A program made the translations under genes and the position numbers. Source: an uncultured virus (IMG/VR IMGVR_UViG_3300032782_000008) (taxonomy: Duplodnaviria; Heunggongvirae; Uroviricota; Caudoviricetes). From it: a DNA stretch of 64,000 nucleotides. Each line of letters starts with the position of its first letter. Position 1 is the first letter of the stretch. Shown one piece after another: positions 28,710-37,409 of the stretch. Location: IMG/VR virus record IMGVR_UViG_3300032782_000008, one strand, 5' to 3'. A model generated the notes under the pieces. That model saw only the letters and a program-made list of their open reading frames with translations, had not been told where the DNA came from and did no database searches.

Positions 28710-30200
28710 CTAGATCACCGCCGAGCCGAAGATCGTGCAGTCGAACGTGCACGCCTGCACGAAGCTAACGGTCATGGAGATCTGCAGCGCCGGCTGACAG
28801 GTGTCCCACAACTGCCCGTTACCGAGCGCCGTCTGCGCGAAGAACGCCGTTAGTGCTCCCTGACCGCCTCCGGCTGGGCGCTGCAAACGGTGACCGACCT
28901 GCACGCTCAAGATGCGCGTACCGGTGCCGCCGACCGAATCCGTCGCCATGACCTTTTCGGTGCGGAAGTGAAACTGAGGCTGCGAATAGAACGTGAGCTG
29001 CTCACCGGCCGGCGCGCTCGCTGGACCAAGATCGAGCTGCCACTCGCGCTGTTCCATCGGCGCCACGCGGCGGGAAAGCATCGGCGTTCCCTTCGCCGTG
29101 CGATTGATCTCGTACTCGTTGTACGACGTGGCGTGCTGCAGATACTCGTCGACACCGATGATGTCCGCGCGCTGGTTTTCCAGGTTGTAGTTGAACTCGA
29201 CCGTCTCGCCGCCTTCGATACCTAGCTCGTGCGAGACTTCGGCTAAGGCGAGCATCTCCTGTCCGATCATCTCTTGGTGCAGCGAAACGTCGACTTCATC
29301 GTCGTCTTCAGCGTAAAGCGGCTCGTCCAATCCGGCGCCGCCGTAATCCTCTCCGGTTCCCGTATCCGGATCGTGTGTACCGAACTCAGGCTCCTCTTCG
29401 TCCGGCGTGCCGACGCCGTACTCGGGTCCGACCGACGCTTCATTGAGGAGGTCAATCATGCTCGGCCCGGTGTAGATCTCATCGACGCTGCCGATTACAC
29501 GCGCCGACGGGTCGTGTTCGTCGTTGATCTCGATGTTGCCGGGGATATCGTCGCCGTAATCGATATCGTCGGTCAGCAACATGTCGATATCGCGGAAGGC
29601 AACTTCCGGATCGAGCATGTCCTCTTCATCGTTGTCATCTTCTTCGCCGATAGTTCCAGTGTCCGGTTCGTGCGTTCCGAACTCAGGCTCCTCCTCATCC
29701 GGCGTACCAACGCCATACTCGGGGCCGCTCGACGCCTCGTTGAGGAGGTCGAGCATGTTTGGTCCGGTATAGATCTCGTCGACGCTGCCGATCGTGCCGA
29801 AGTCCGGTGCATGTGTTCCGAAATCTGGCTCATGCGTGCCGAGATCCATCCCAATCACGCGCGCCGACGGATTATGTTCATCGTTGATTTCGATATCACC
29901 AGGGATGTCGTCACCAAAATCGATGTCGTCGGTCAGGAGCATGTCGATGTCACGGAAGGCAACTTCCGGATCGAGCATGTCCTCTTCGTCTTCGTCGGGC
30001 GTGGCGGCATCAGCGTTCTCAGGCTGAGCGTCGAGCCCGTCGACCGACGTGTTGACTCCAAAATCCGGTGCGTGCGTTCCGAAACGAGGTGTGTGCGTAC
30101 CGAAGTGAATGCCTTCGAAGTCTCCAGCCAGAACGTCTTCCACGAAGGCCGAGTCCGGGAGCGCCTCGATCACATCGTTGATGTCGTCCAAGTCGCTCAC
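28710..30200 (-). CDS. capsid-like paralog 2 with a long acidic repetitive N-terminal extension
   Basis: GTG 30200 with AAGGAGA SD; C-terminal PQFHFRTEKVMATDS...ALGNG.LWDTCQ...TVSFVQACTFD. Confidence 0.75.
   Translation of the reverse strand: MSDLDDINDVIEALPDSAFVEDVLAGDFEGIHFGTHTPRFGTHAPDFGVNTSVDGLDAQPENADAATPDEDEEDMLDPEVAFRDIDMLLTDDIDFGDDIPGDIEINDEHNPSARVIGMDLGTHEPDFGTHAPDFGTIGSVDEIYTGPNMLDLLNEASSGPEYGVGTPDEEEPEFGTHEPDTGTIGEEDDNDEEDMLDPEVAFRDIDMLLTDDIDYGDDIPGNIEINDEHDPSARVIGSVDEIYTGPSMIDLLNEASVGPEYGVGTPDEEEPEFGTHDPDTGTGEDYGGAGLDEPLYAEDDDEVDVSLHQEMIGQEMLALAEVSHELGIEGGETVEFNYNLENQRADIIGVDEYLQHATSYNEYEINRTAKGTPMLSRRVAPMEQREWQLDLGPASAPAGEQLTFYSQPQFHFRTEKVMATDSVGGTGTRILSVQVGHRLQRPAGGGQGALTAFFAQTALGNGQLWDTCQPALQISMTVSFVQACTFDCTIFGSAVI
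29357..29995 (-). repeat. internal duplication of a ~95-aa acidic unit
   Basis: EEDMLDPEVAFRDIDMLLTDDID..ARVIG twice and GSVDEIYTGP..EPEFGTH twice, similar at DNA level. Confidence 0.9.
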
Positions 30201-30211
30201 GAAAAATCTCC

Positions 30212-30240
30212 TTGATTTACATTTGACCACGAAGTAATAT
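30212..30240 (+). promoter_or_regulatory. promoter, probably leaderless, for the homing endonuclease
   Basis: TTGATT-17-TAATAT ending 7 nt before ATG 30248. Confidence 0.55.
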
Positions 30241-30247
30241 TAACTCC

Positions 30248-31405
30248 ATGAGCAAACGCATTACGTCCGAACAAGAAGATGAACTGATTCGCCGCTACAA
30301 TGCTGGGGAGGCTATCAAAGACATTTGCACGACTCTGTCCCTCTCGAAAAGATCCGTCTATAACATCATCAATAAGAAAGAAGCTGGAAAACGTCGCGTC
30401 CTTGTTACCCTCGACGACACTCAAAGCCTTCTTGTCGCGCAACGTTACCTCGCCGGTGAAAGTGCCGATACTCTCGCTGACGAATTCGGGGTACACAAGC
30501 AAACCGTATATAACATCCTCGCTCGACGCGGTGTAAGTCCCCGTGTCGAGAATGTGCGCCTCAATGCCGAAGAGAGACGTGAAGTTGCTTCGGCTTGTGC
30601 CAGCGGCAGCAAAGTCAAAGAGGCCGCGGTCGCGTTCAACGTCGGAGAAACGACGGTGAACAAGATTCTGCGCGAAGCAGGCGTTGATTTGCCGAAAGGA
30701 AGACCGCCGGTTTACACTGTCAATCATGCTGCATTCGACGTCATCACACCGGAGAGCGCCTACTGGATTGGTTTTCTGTTCGCAGATGGTTGCATTTACA
30801 AAAACGTACTCATCTGCTCTCTCGGAATCAAAGACCGAGAGCATCTTGAAAAAATGCGCACCTTCCTCAAATCCAATCATCCGATCTACGAGACCGAAGG
30901 AAAAACCGCATGGGGCGGACCTTTTGCCCGTCTCAGCATCACTTCCGCCCCGCTTTTCAACGCTCTCCGTCGACACGGGATTATTGCGAAGAAGCTTAGA
31001 GTTCCAACACCAGAGCTTGCCCAGTCGCGCGATTTTTGGCGCGGTATGGTTGACGGTGACGGCACTATCGGAACTATCGGCGACGGTAAGTACATCTACC
31101 CGCAAGTTCGTCTTTTCGGGCAAACACCGTTGCTGGAAAAATTCCAACACTTCACCTTCGCGATCACGAATTCTTGGCTCAACACTAAAGATTGTTCGCG
31201 TAAGGACGGAAGTGTTTTCACCCTCTCCAGCGGAAGCCGTAACGCCGGAAAAATAATCGACGTGCTTTACCGCAACGCGAGTGTTTCGCTCGATCGGAAA
31301 AACAAACGAGCGCAAGCCATCATCGCCGGCGATTTGCGCCGCTTCGAGCCCTACGAGGAACCCGAAATCGTTCACGATCCAACCTTAGAGCAATTCGGAC
31401 AATAA
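30248..31405 (+). CDS. free-standing LAGLIDADG homing endonuclease with three N-terminal HTH repeats
   Basis: AYWIGFLFADGCI and DFWRGMVDGDGTI; repeated HTH units ending SVYNII, TVYNIL, TVNKIL. Confidence 0.9.
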   Translation: MSKRITSEQEDELIRRYNAGEAIKDICTTLSLSKRSVYNIINKKEAGKRRVLVTLDDTQSLLVAQRYLAGESADTLADEFGVHKQTVYNILARRGVSPRVENVRLNAEERREVASACASGSKVKEAAVAFNVGETTVNKILREAGVDLPKGRPPVYTVNHAAFDVITPESAYWIGFLFADGCIYKNVLICSLGIKDREHLEKMRTFLKSNHPIYETEGKTAWGGPFARLSITSAPLFNALRRHGIIAKKLRVPTPELAQSRDFWRGMVDGDGTIGTIGDGKYIYPQVRLFGQTPLLEKFQHFTFAITNSWLNTKDCSRKDGSVFTLSSGSRNAGKIIDVLYRNASVSLDRKNKRAQAIIAGDLRRFEPYEEPEIVHDPTLEQFGQ

Positions 31406-31800
31406 CACTCGCTCACCCCGCGTACGTTTTCGATAGCAGGAAGAAAAAGTCCCCAGCCTCTCACGTTAGTCAGTCCGCTTCGCGACGGGTGCACATCCCA
31501 GTACATTTTTCCACGCACCCCGACTACGGCGTGCCATTTGTCGTGCTCGGCCGTTCTCGCTGTCTCACCAATAATCAGATGTCCGGCGGTCGTGTAACCG
31601 ACAGCCGCTTCGAACTTTTCCGGTCCGATTTCGAAATACGATTTGTTGTAGTGCTTGAACAAGAAAGACCGGAAAACTTCGATATATTGTTGACGATCAC
31701 CGTCGACGTAGTTCGGCAACTCCGACACAGCACAACCGAGCAGCATAGCGACACAAGTCGGCCAACAATTATCTGGCTTTGATTGTGTCAAGAACTGCAT
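31372..31800 (-). CDS. papain-fold (C39-like) peptidase
   Basis: Q...NCWPTCVAMLL (Cys), WHAVV (His), YWDVHPS (Asp). Confidence 0.65.
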   Translation of the reverse strand: MQFLTQSKPDNCWPTCVAMLLGCAVSELPNYVDGDRQQYIEVFRSFLFKHYNKSYFEIGPEKFEAAVGYTTAGHLIIGETARTAEHDKWHAVVGVRGKMYWDVHPSRSGLTNVRGWGLFLPAIENVRGVSECYCPNCSKVGS

Positions 31801-31915
31801 CAACGAATCGCTCCCTCTTTCTAGAGAAACACCCGCCATTACAGAGATCCTGTAATGGCGGGTTGTCAAACGTGCATCGAAATCGTCCTTTAAATTCTAG
31901 AACGATTTCAGATAT

Positions 31916-32488
31916 TTAGCCGACCACGGCTTTGCCAAACACGGTCGCGTCGAAGGTGCACGCCTGGATGAACGACACCGTGATCGCGATCGAGAGGGCC
32001 TGCTGGCAGGTATCCCACTTGATGCCGTTGCCGAGCGCCGTCTGCGCGAAGAACGCCGTCAGCGAACCACCGCCGGTCGCCGGGCGCTGCAGGCGCTGAC
32101 CGATCAGCACCTGGGTGATGCGGGTGCCGTAGCCGGCCGGCGAGCCCGAGTCGGTCGCCATGACCTTCTCGCCGCGGAAAAGGCACTGCGGCGCGACGGT
32201 GATGATGGTGGTGGTGCCGGCCGCGCCGGACACCGGGCCGAAGGAGAGATCCCAGTCGCGGGCCTTCTGCAGCGGCTGACGGTGGGTCACCGGCCGCGAC
32301 ATGGCGGCACGCTTGGCCATGTACTGGGTGAACGAAGGGCTCTTGGCCAGCAGCTCGTTGGCCGCGCCGAGCACGTCGTAGCCGTCGCCCATGACGGGCA
32401 TCAGGCTGTCGCCGTGCGCCGAGCCGCCGCGGGTCTGCTCGCCCACGATCTCCGTCCAACCGTCGTCGCCGATCACGAGATTGCTCAT
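31916..32488 (-). CDS. putative major capsid protein (single jelly-roll candidate)
   Basis: Very strong GC3 bias, GGAG SD, near the start of the structural operon, beta-strand patterning, two paralogs downstream. Confidence 0.6.
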   Translation of the reverse strand: MSNLVIGDDGWTEIVGEQTRGGSAHGDSLMPVMGDGYDVLGAANELLAKSPSFTQYMAKRAAMSRPVTHRQPLQKARDWDLSFGPVSGAAGTTTIITVAPQCLFRGEKVMATDSGSPAGYGTRITQVLIGQRLQRPATGGGSLTAFFAQTALGNGIKWDTCQQALSIAITVSFIQACTFDATVFGKAVVG

Positions 32489-32668
32489 TTTCTTGCTCCG
32501 TATCGTCGTTTCATCCGCCCGAGGCGACCATCGCCTTCGGGGCTCCCTCGCGGGCTCGGCTACTCTCGTTCGCGGGCTCGTCCGCGCTCGATTGCTACCG
32601 AGGTGCTGCTCGCCCGTGCGGATCGGACTCGACCGACCGTCGGTGCTAGTTCCTCGACGCCGCTCCGA

Positions 32669-33175
32669 TTATCGACGGGCGGCGTACTTCGCGATCTGGT
32701 CCGCGGTCAGGAAGTTGCCCCCCATGGCCGCCGGGATGTGACCGACCACAGGCACGGGTTTGCCGGGCAGCGAAGCCTGCGCCGACTTGCCAGGCAACGA
32801 AGCCCGCGAATTCGGGTGGTCCAGATGCACCAAAGCGCCGGCCTTCTCGAGACCCCACTTGGCGCCGATCGACGTCAGCGCCGACATGATGCCGGCGTCG
32901 CCGATGCGCTCGAGGTGCGGAGCGAGCCTCTGCCCCTTGCCGAAGGCGTTCGCCGCCGCGGACAGGAGGAGCGCTCCGCCACCGATCACGACGTCGAGGC
33001 TCTGGCCCTTCCAACTCCAGCGATCGCCGTAATAGCCCTTGGCCGCGCCGAAGGCGAAGGCAGCGGCGTAACGCTCACCCTTGTCGACGAGAACGCCCTT
33101 GAACCCGTCGCTTTTGGGGGCGGTGCCGTGCGGAAGCTCGCTCGGGATCTTCTTCAGCTTCGAGAAAAACGACAT
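32669..33175 (-). CDS. membrane-associated protein, first gene of the structural operon
   Basis: AGGAGA SD; hydrophobic segments; strong GC3 bias. Confidence 0.7.
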   Translation of the reverse strand: MSFFSKLKKIPSELPHGTAPKSDGFKGVLVDKGERYAAAFAFGAAKGYYGDRWSWKGQSLDVVIGGGALLLSAAANAFGKGQRLAPHLERIGDAGIMSALTSIGAKWGLEKAGALVHLDHPNSRASLPGKSAQASLPGKPVPVVGHIPAAMGGNFLTADQIAKYAARR

Positions 33176-33351
33176 GCTTCGTCTCCTGGGCTCGAGCAGA
33201 ATCTCGATTCCGACACGAGCGTGTTTGACCTAGAGCCCAGGCTAAGCGATTGATTTTATTGCGTAAAGTAGATTTTTGAACAATTTTTATATAGCTCATG
33301 CATAATCATTTCAGCGACGGTAATTACGCAACGAATACGAAAACACTGCGC

Positions 33352-33993
33352 ATGAAAAACGCTGACGCGATCACAACCCTCAACATCCCGATTCAAGAGA
33401 GCTTGAAAAGTCGTCTCCGCGTGGTGGCGAAAAAATGCCAGAAGAGCTTGTCTCAATTCACTCGCGATCTAATCGTCGAGGCCATCGAATCTTTTGACAC
33501 GCAAGAGCGGCTAAAAGAAGAGCAAAAGAAACAATCTCTCGACGAGAAACGACAACAGCGCCGCGATCGTTTCAGCGTTTTAGCCCCCGCACAACGAAAT
33601 CTCGCTCCCGACCCTGCTCGACGATCTTCCTCTCCTATGCCATCACTCTTCGACAACATCGACGACGTGTATGTCGAAAAAGCCACGCGCATCGCCGAAT
33701 CTGTAAACGACCCAATCGAGTGTCGGCTACGCACACGTGAAGCTGTGCGCGATATCGAAAAACAATTCCCACTCACCCACCCAGGTGCAGCGGAAATCCT
33801 CCGCAAGCTCGAGGTTGAAGTGGTGAAGCTACAGCCTCGCTCCAGTCGACGAGTCGAGACTCCTCCGACGCCAGAGCAGCGTAGTGCGCTTGACGAAGTT
33901 GTTGACCAACTACTCAACCGTCAGGTAGATCCGACCAAGACCAAGACCCGCGTGCTCGGCGAGTTGTCGAGCAGCGAAGACGACTCGAAATAA
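33352..33993 (+). CDS. RHH-like regulator with C-terminal extension
   Basis: TTLNIPIQESLKSRLRVVAKKCQKSLSQFTRDLIVEAI. Confidence 0.65.
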   Translation: MKNADAITTLNIPIQESLKSRLRVVAKKCQKSLSQFTRDLIVEAIESFDTQERLKEEQKKQSLDEKRQQRRDRFSVLAPAQRNLAPDPARRSSSPMPSLFDNIDDVYVEKATRIAESVNDPIECRLRTREAVRDIEKQFPLTHPGAAEILRKLEVEVVKLQPRSSRRVETPPTPEQRSALDEVVDQLLNRQVDPTKTKTRVLGELSSSEDDSK

Positions 33994-34002
33994 GGAGACG
34001 CG

Positions 34003-34431
34003 ATGCGTGACAAAGCCCTCACATTCATGAAGTACACGTTCGGTTCGGTCGACGACAAGATCGCCGCCCAGGTGGCCGACATTCGCAACGGCTTCGATGC
34101 CGTTGGCAAAGGCGAAGCTATCGATACGGTCACCGCCGCCGTCGAGACGGCCGCCAAAGCTCGTCGCGATGAGCTGATCGAGTCCGGCATCAAAATCATC
34201 GTCGACAATCTCGACGAGGCCACGATCGATGCCGTCAACGCGTTTCACGAGAGCGCCGCGTATCAGAACTTGCTGACGGCAGCGCCGAAGATCGCCGAGG
34301 CGTGGGAGAAAGCATCCACAGCGTGGATGCAGTCTGTCATGAGCGAAGTCGAGCCGGTGATGACCAAGGCGTTCGGTACGCCCGAGCCTGCCGAAGCTCC
34401 CGTCACCGACGAGCCCCTGACCGCGGCGTGA
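34003..34431 (+). CDS. DUF2059-like protein
   Basis: LDEATIDAVNAFHESAAYQNLL pattern; AAGGAG SD. Confidence 0.55.
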   Translation: MRDKALTFMKYTFGSVDDKIAAQVADIRNGFDAVGKGEAIDTVTAAVETAAKARRDELIESGIKIIVDNLDEATIDAVNAFHESAAYQNLLTAAPKIAEAWEKASTAWMQSVMSEVEPVMTKAFGTPEPAEAPVTDEPLTAA

Positions 34432-34997
34432 GCGTGGACGCCTATCTGACCGTCACCGGAGCCTACGTTCGCGAAGAGTTTCTCACTCCAGAAGAGTGTG
34501 AGACGGCGACGCGAATGTTCCCCGACCTGCAGCCAGGTGTCGTCGAGAACGCGTCCAAGGTGAGGCGATCGAGTCGTGTTGCTTTTCTCCTACCTCAAAA
34601 CAGCAGTCTCCTCACCGATAGACAACGCCAGCTGTACGACAGGCTCATGCGCGCTCTGGTCCGCGCCAACGAGATCGTCGGGCGGTTCCAAATCCACACG
34701 CTCGAGCCGCTGCAGCTCGCCGAATACAGCGCTGAGTCCTCCGGCGAATACGACTGGCACCTCGACATCGGTCCCGGCGTGTCGTCCAAGCGAAAGCTGT
34801 CGATATCAGTGCAGCTTTCGGCGCCCGAAGATTACGACGGTGGCGATTTGGAATTGTGGGGCTCGCGGAGCTGCAGTCGAAAACAGGGAACGTTGATCGC
34901 GTTCCCGTCCTACCTACTTCACCGAGTCTCGCCGGTGACCCGCGGTGTCCGTCGATCGCTGGTTGCGTGGGCGATCGGCCACCGCTCCTACCTCTAG
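34428..34997 (+). CDS. 2OG-Fe(II) oxygenase (prolyl-hydroxylase-like)
   Basis: YDWHLD, RKLSISVQLS..YDGGDL, FPSYLLHRVSPVTRGVRRSLVAW. Confidence 0.9.
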   Translation: MSVDAYLTVTGAYVREEFLTPEECETATRMFPDLQPGVVENASKVRRSSRVAFLLPQNSSLLTDRQRQLYDRLMRALVRANEIVGRFQIHTLEPLQLAEYSAESSGEYDWHLDIGPGVSSKRKLSISVQLSAPEDYDGGDLELWGSRSCSRKQGTLIAFPSYLLHRVSPVTRGVRRSLVAWAIGHRSYL

Positions 34998-35971
34998 ACT
35001 TCCTGCCCGTCTTCGTCACCACGGCGACGACGTCGTGACAACGTGATCACCTTAGAACGAGGGGCAACGTGTTCGAGCTTGCCTTCGGCCGTCATGAGCC
35101 AGTACGTCTTGGCGTTCTCCGGCCCGTTGCGGTTCTTCCCTGCGCACGTGAGCACGCGATAGCCGTCTTCCTCCTGACCGGGTGCTTCATCGTCGTCGGA
35201 GCGCGGATAGCCGAACACGAGGACGGTATCGACGTCGTGAGCTGCGTCAGTCGAGCCCTTCATCTCGCCCTGCTTGTCCATCTGGTTGATGATGATGGCG
35301 CAGGTTTTCGTCGCGCGGCAGTGAGCTAGGATGGCACCGCCAACCGCGCGCAGCTGCGCACCTGAGCCAGGAACGCCACCCGCCGTCTCCGACGCGAACT
35401 TCTGAATCGAATCGTAGATGACAAGAAACGGTCGAACTCTCTTCATGGGCTCACCGGGGCGCGCGATCACCACCCCTTCCATCGCCTGCTCGATCACCTT
35501 TTCGACCGAACACTGGTCCCCTAGAACTTTGACGTCGTCGTTGACGATCCCGAGACGGCTCGCGATTTTGACGACGCCGTCGTCTCCCTGCTCACCTGAC
35601 GCGTAGAGCACAGGACCCTTTTTGCGGGTGACAGCGTCGGCGATCATGCACAAGAGCGTTGACTTGCCCACGCCGTGTTGGCCGCCAAGTAGAATCGGGC
35701 ACCCGGCCACAAGGCCGCCACCAATCGCTTTGTCGAAACCATCAACGCCTGTCGAGATGTAGTTGGTTTTGACTGTGATTGTGCTAGCGAACGAGGACAT
35801 CCCTCGTTGTGAAATGAGCGCCGACTGAAACCCTATGCGTTCGATCCCGTAGAACCGATACTTACAGCCAGGACACGGACCGCCTGCCCACGAGACCGGG
35901 GACTCGTATGTACAAACAGGAGAACCGTCGTCGCGCTTGCGCTTGCGACCAGCGCAGCGATAGACCGACAC
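34994..35971 (-). CDS. radA: RadA/Sms-like ATPase lacking the C-terminal Lon-like domain
   Basis: N-terminal C4 zinc finger, GGQHGVGKSTLL, LYASGE, DSIQ, HDVD, KNRNG. Confidence 0.8.
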   Translation of the reverse strand: MSVYRCAGRKRKRDDGSPVCTYESPVSWAGGPCPGCKYRFYGIERIGFQSALISQRGMSSFASTITVKTNYISTGVDGFDKAIGGGLVAGCPILLGGQHGVGKSTLLCMIADAVTRKKGPVLYASGEQGDDGVVKIASRLGIVNDDVKVLGDQCSVEKVIEQAMEGVVIARPGEPMKRVRPFLVIYDSIQKFASETAGGVPGSGAQLRAVGGAILAHCRATKTCAIIINQMDKQGEMKGSTDAAHDVDTVLVFGYPRSDDDEAPGQEEDGYRVLTCAGKNRNGPENAKTYWLMTAEGKLEHVAPRSKVITLSRRRRRGDEDGQEV

Positions 35972-36174
35972 TAGAGAGCCCCGAGAACCGCCGCGCCGGT
36001 GACGATCTGCTTGTCGGAGCCGGGGCGCGCGAGCCAGCGACCGACGAGGTAACCGCCACCAATGAGGAGTGCAGCGGCTGTGATGTTGCCGAGGGTGAGC
36101 CCAGCTGTTGGCTGGTAGGTCAACTCGGCCTTGGGCCGACCGCCGCGACCAGGAGGCAACTGATACTCACGCAT
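35971..36174 (-). CDS. small membrane protein
   Basis: TM ITAAALLIGGGYLVGRW; ends IVTGAAVLGAL. Confidence 0.5.
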   Translation of the reverse strand: MREYQLPPGRGGRPKAELTYQPTAGLTLGNITAAALLIGGGYLVGRWLARPGSDKQIVTGAAVLGAL

Positions 36175-36384
36175 GCGATTCTGCAACGTGCGGCGACACG
36201 TCGAGCGCCCGCGCCGCATCGCCGAGATTGCGCGTGCTATTGATCGCGGTGATGAGCCCTTCACGATCGTTCCGCATGAGCCGGATTCTACCATTCAACA
36301 ACCTGAAAACAGGTGGATTTTGTCACTCGACTTGCGCAATTTAAAATCATGCTCTAAAGTATTGAGAACAAACAACTGGTCATT

Positions 36385-36897
36385 ATGCACACAACAAAAA
36401 AGCACCGCACCAGTAGACACTGTGTCATCTATTTCATTCAGGCAGGTGCCGAAGGTCCGATTAAGATTGGTATCACCCGCTCATTACACGAAAGATTTCA
36501 CAGTTTACGCTGTGCAAACTACGAGAAATTAAACATAATCGGTGTTCTATACGATTCTAATTTCAATAAAGAACGCGAATTACATAAGCGTTTTTCCTTC
36601 GCCAATATTCAGGGAGAATGGTTTACCCCTCATTCTGAACTAATAGAATACATACGAAATAATACGAATGAATGGCCTGAGAAACCCATCACCAAAAACA
36701 CCGTCAAACCCAAACGAATTAAAGTACCCAAACCGCCAGCTCCCGCAGCTCATGATGCCAAAATTCTACCTTATGCCCTTCGTCCTAAAAGTATGCATTC
36801 GCCGCCGTCTCCGCCGCCAGAAACGGCGACCAAAGATCAGATACGATATTATATTCGTGAACGCGCACTCTATAGGACACGATATGGACTTCGCTAA
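36385..36897 (+). CDS. GIY-YIG nuclease (T5orf172/MUG113-like)
   Basis: IYFIQAG..GPIKIGIT...ERELHKRF...GEWF; TTGCGC-17-TAAAGT upstream. Confidence 0.85.
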   Translation: MHTTKKHRTSRHCVIYFIQAGAEGPIKIGITRSLHERFHSLRCANYEKLNIIGVLYDSNFNKERELHKRFSFANIQGEWFTPHSELIEYIRNNTNEWPEKPITKNTVKPKRIKVPKPPAPAAHDAKILPYALRPKSMHSPPSPPPETATKDQIRYYIRERALYRTRYGLR

Positions 36898-37153
36898 AGA
36901 ATTCGCGAACGTATTGTTGTTACGTGATCAAGCTAATAAAATAGAACGTGAAATCGTACATGCAGCACTCACTGAAACAAAAGGTATAGAAACACGAGCC
37001 GCTAAATTGCTCTCAATTTCGCGTAACGTACTCCGCGCCATCCTGAAGCGCTTGCCAGACGTCGCAGCGGAAGCGCGTGCCATGCGGGAGGCCACGGGCT
37101 ACTACGGCGGCAACCCTGACGTAGTAAGTAAAAGTAAGATAAAAACCTACTAA
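36884..37153 (+). CDS. Fis-like HTH protein
   Basis: EREIVHAALTETKGIETRAAKLLSISRNVLRAILK. Confidence 0.75.
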   Translation: MDFAKEFANVLLLRDQANKIEREIVHAALTETKGIETRAAKLLSISRNVLRAILKRLPDVAAEARAMREATGYYGGNPDVVSKSKIKTY

Positions 37154-37409
37154 GTAGGTTAATGTGGCAATATACTAGTAGGCTATAATCCTACCTGTAG
37201 CCCAATATGGCAATATAGTAGTAGCCATTAGTTCACACATAGAGTGTGAACTTTCAACTTGGAAAATGCCTAGTAATTTCAATAGTTTAACAGTTTAACC
37301 GACTAAGTACCTAGAATCATTAGTATGAACTAAAATTCACACTTCCACAGCCTGGTAAAAGCTAAGTATGCAAAATCATTGAAATGGTCCATTGGCCCCG
37401 ACCCTGCAA

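Noticed and set aside
9724..32488. Diversity-generating retroelement TR/VR behind the repeated capsid C-termini
   Set aside because: No reverse transcriptase in the window; differences are not adenine-specific and conservation is mainly at protein level
34428..34997. TET/JBP-type DNA base oxidase
   Set aside because: Motifs match the prolyl-hydroxylase-like class common in phages, not TET/JBP
34994..35971. Genome packaging ATPase
   Set aside because: Zinc finger, SGE, DSIQ and KNRxG motifs identify RadA/Sms rather than A32/FtsK or terminase
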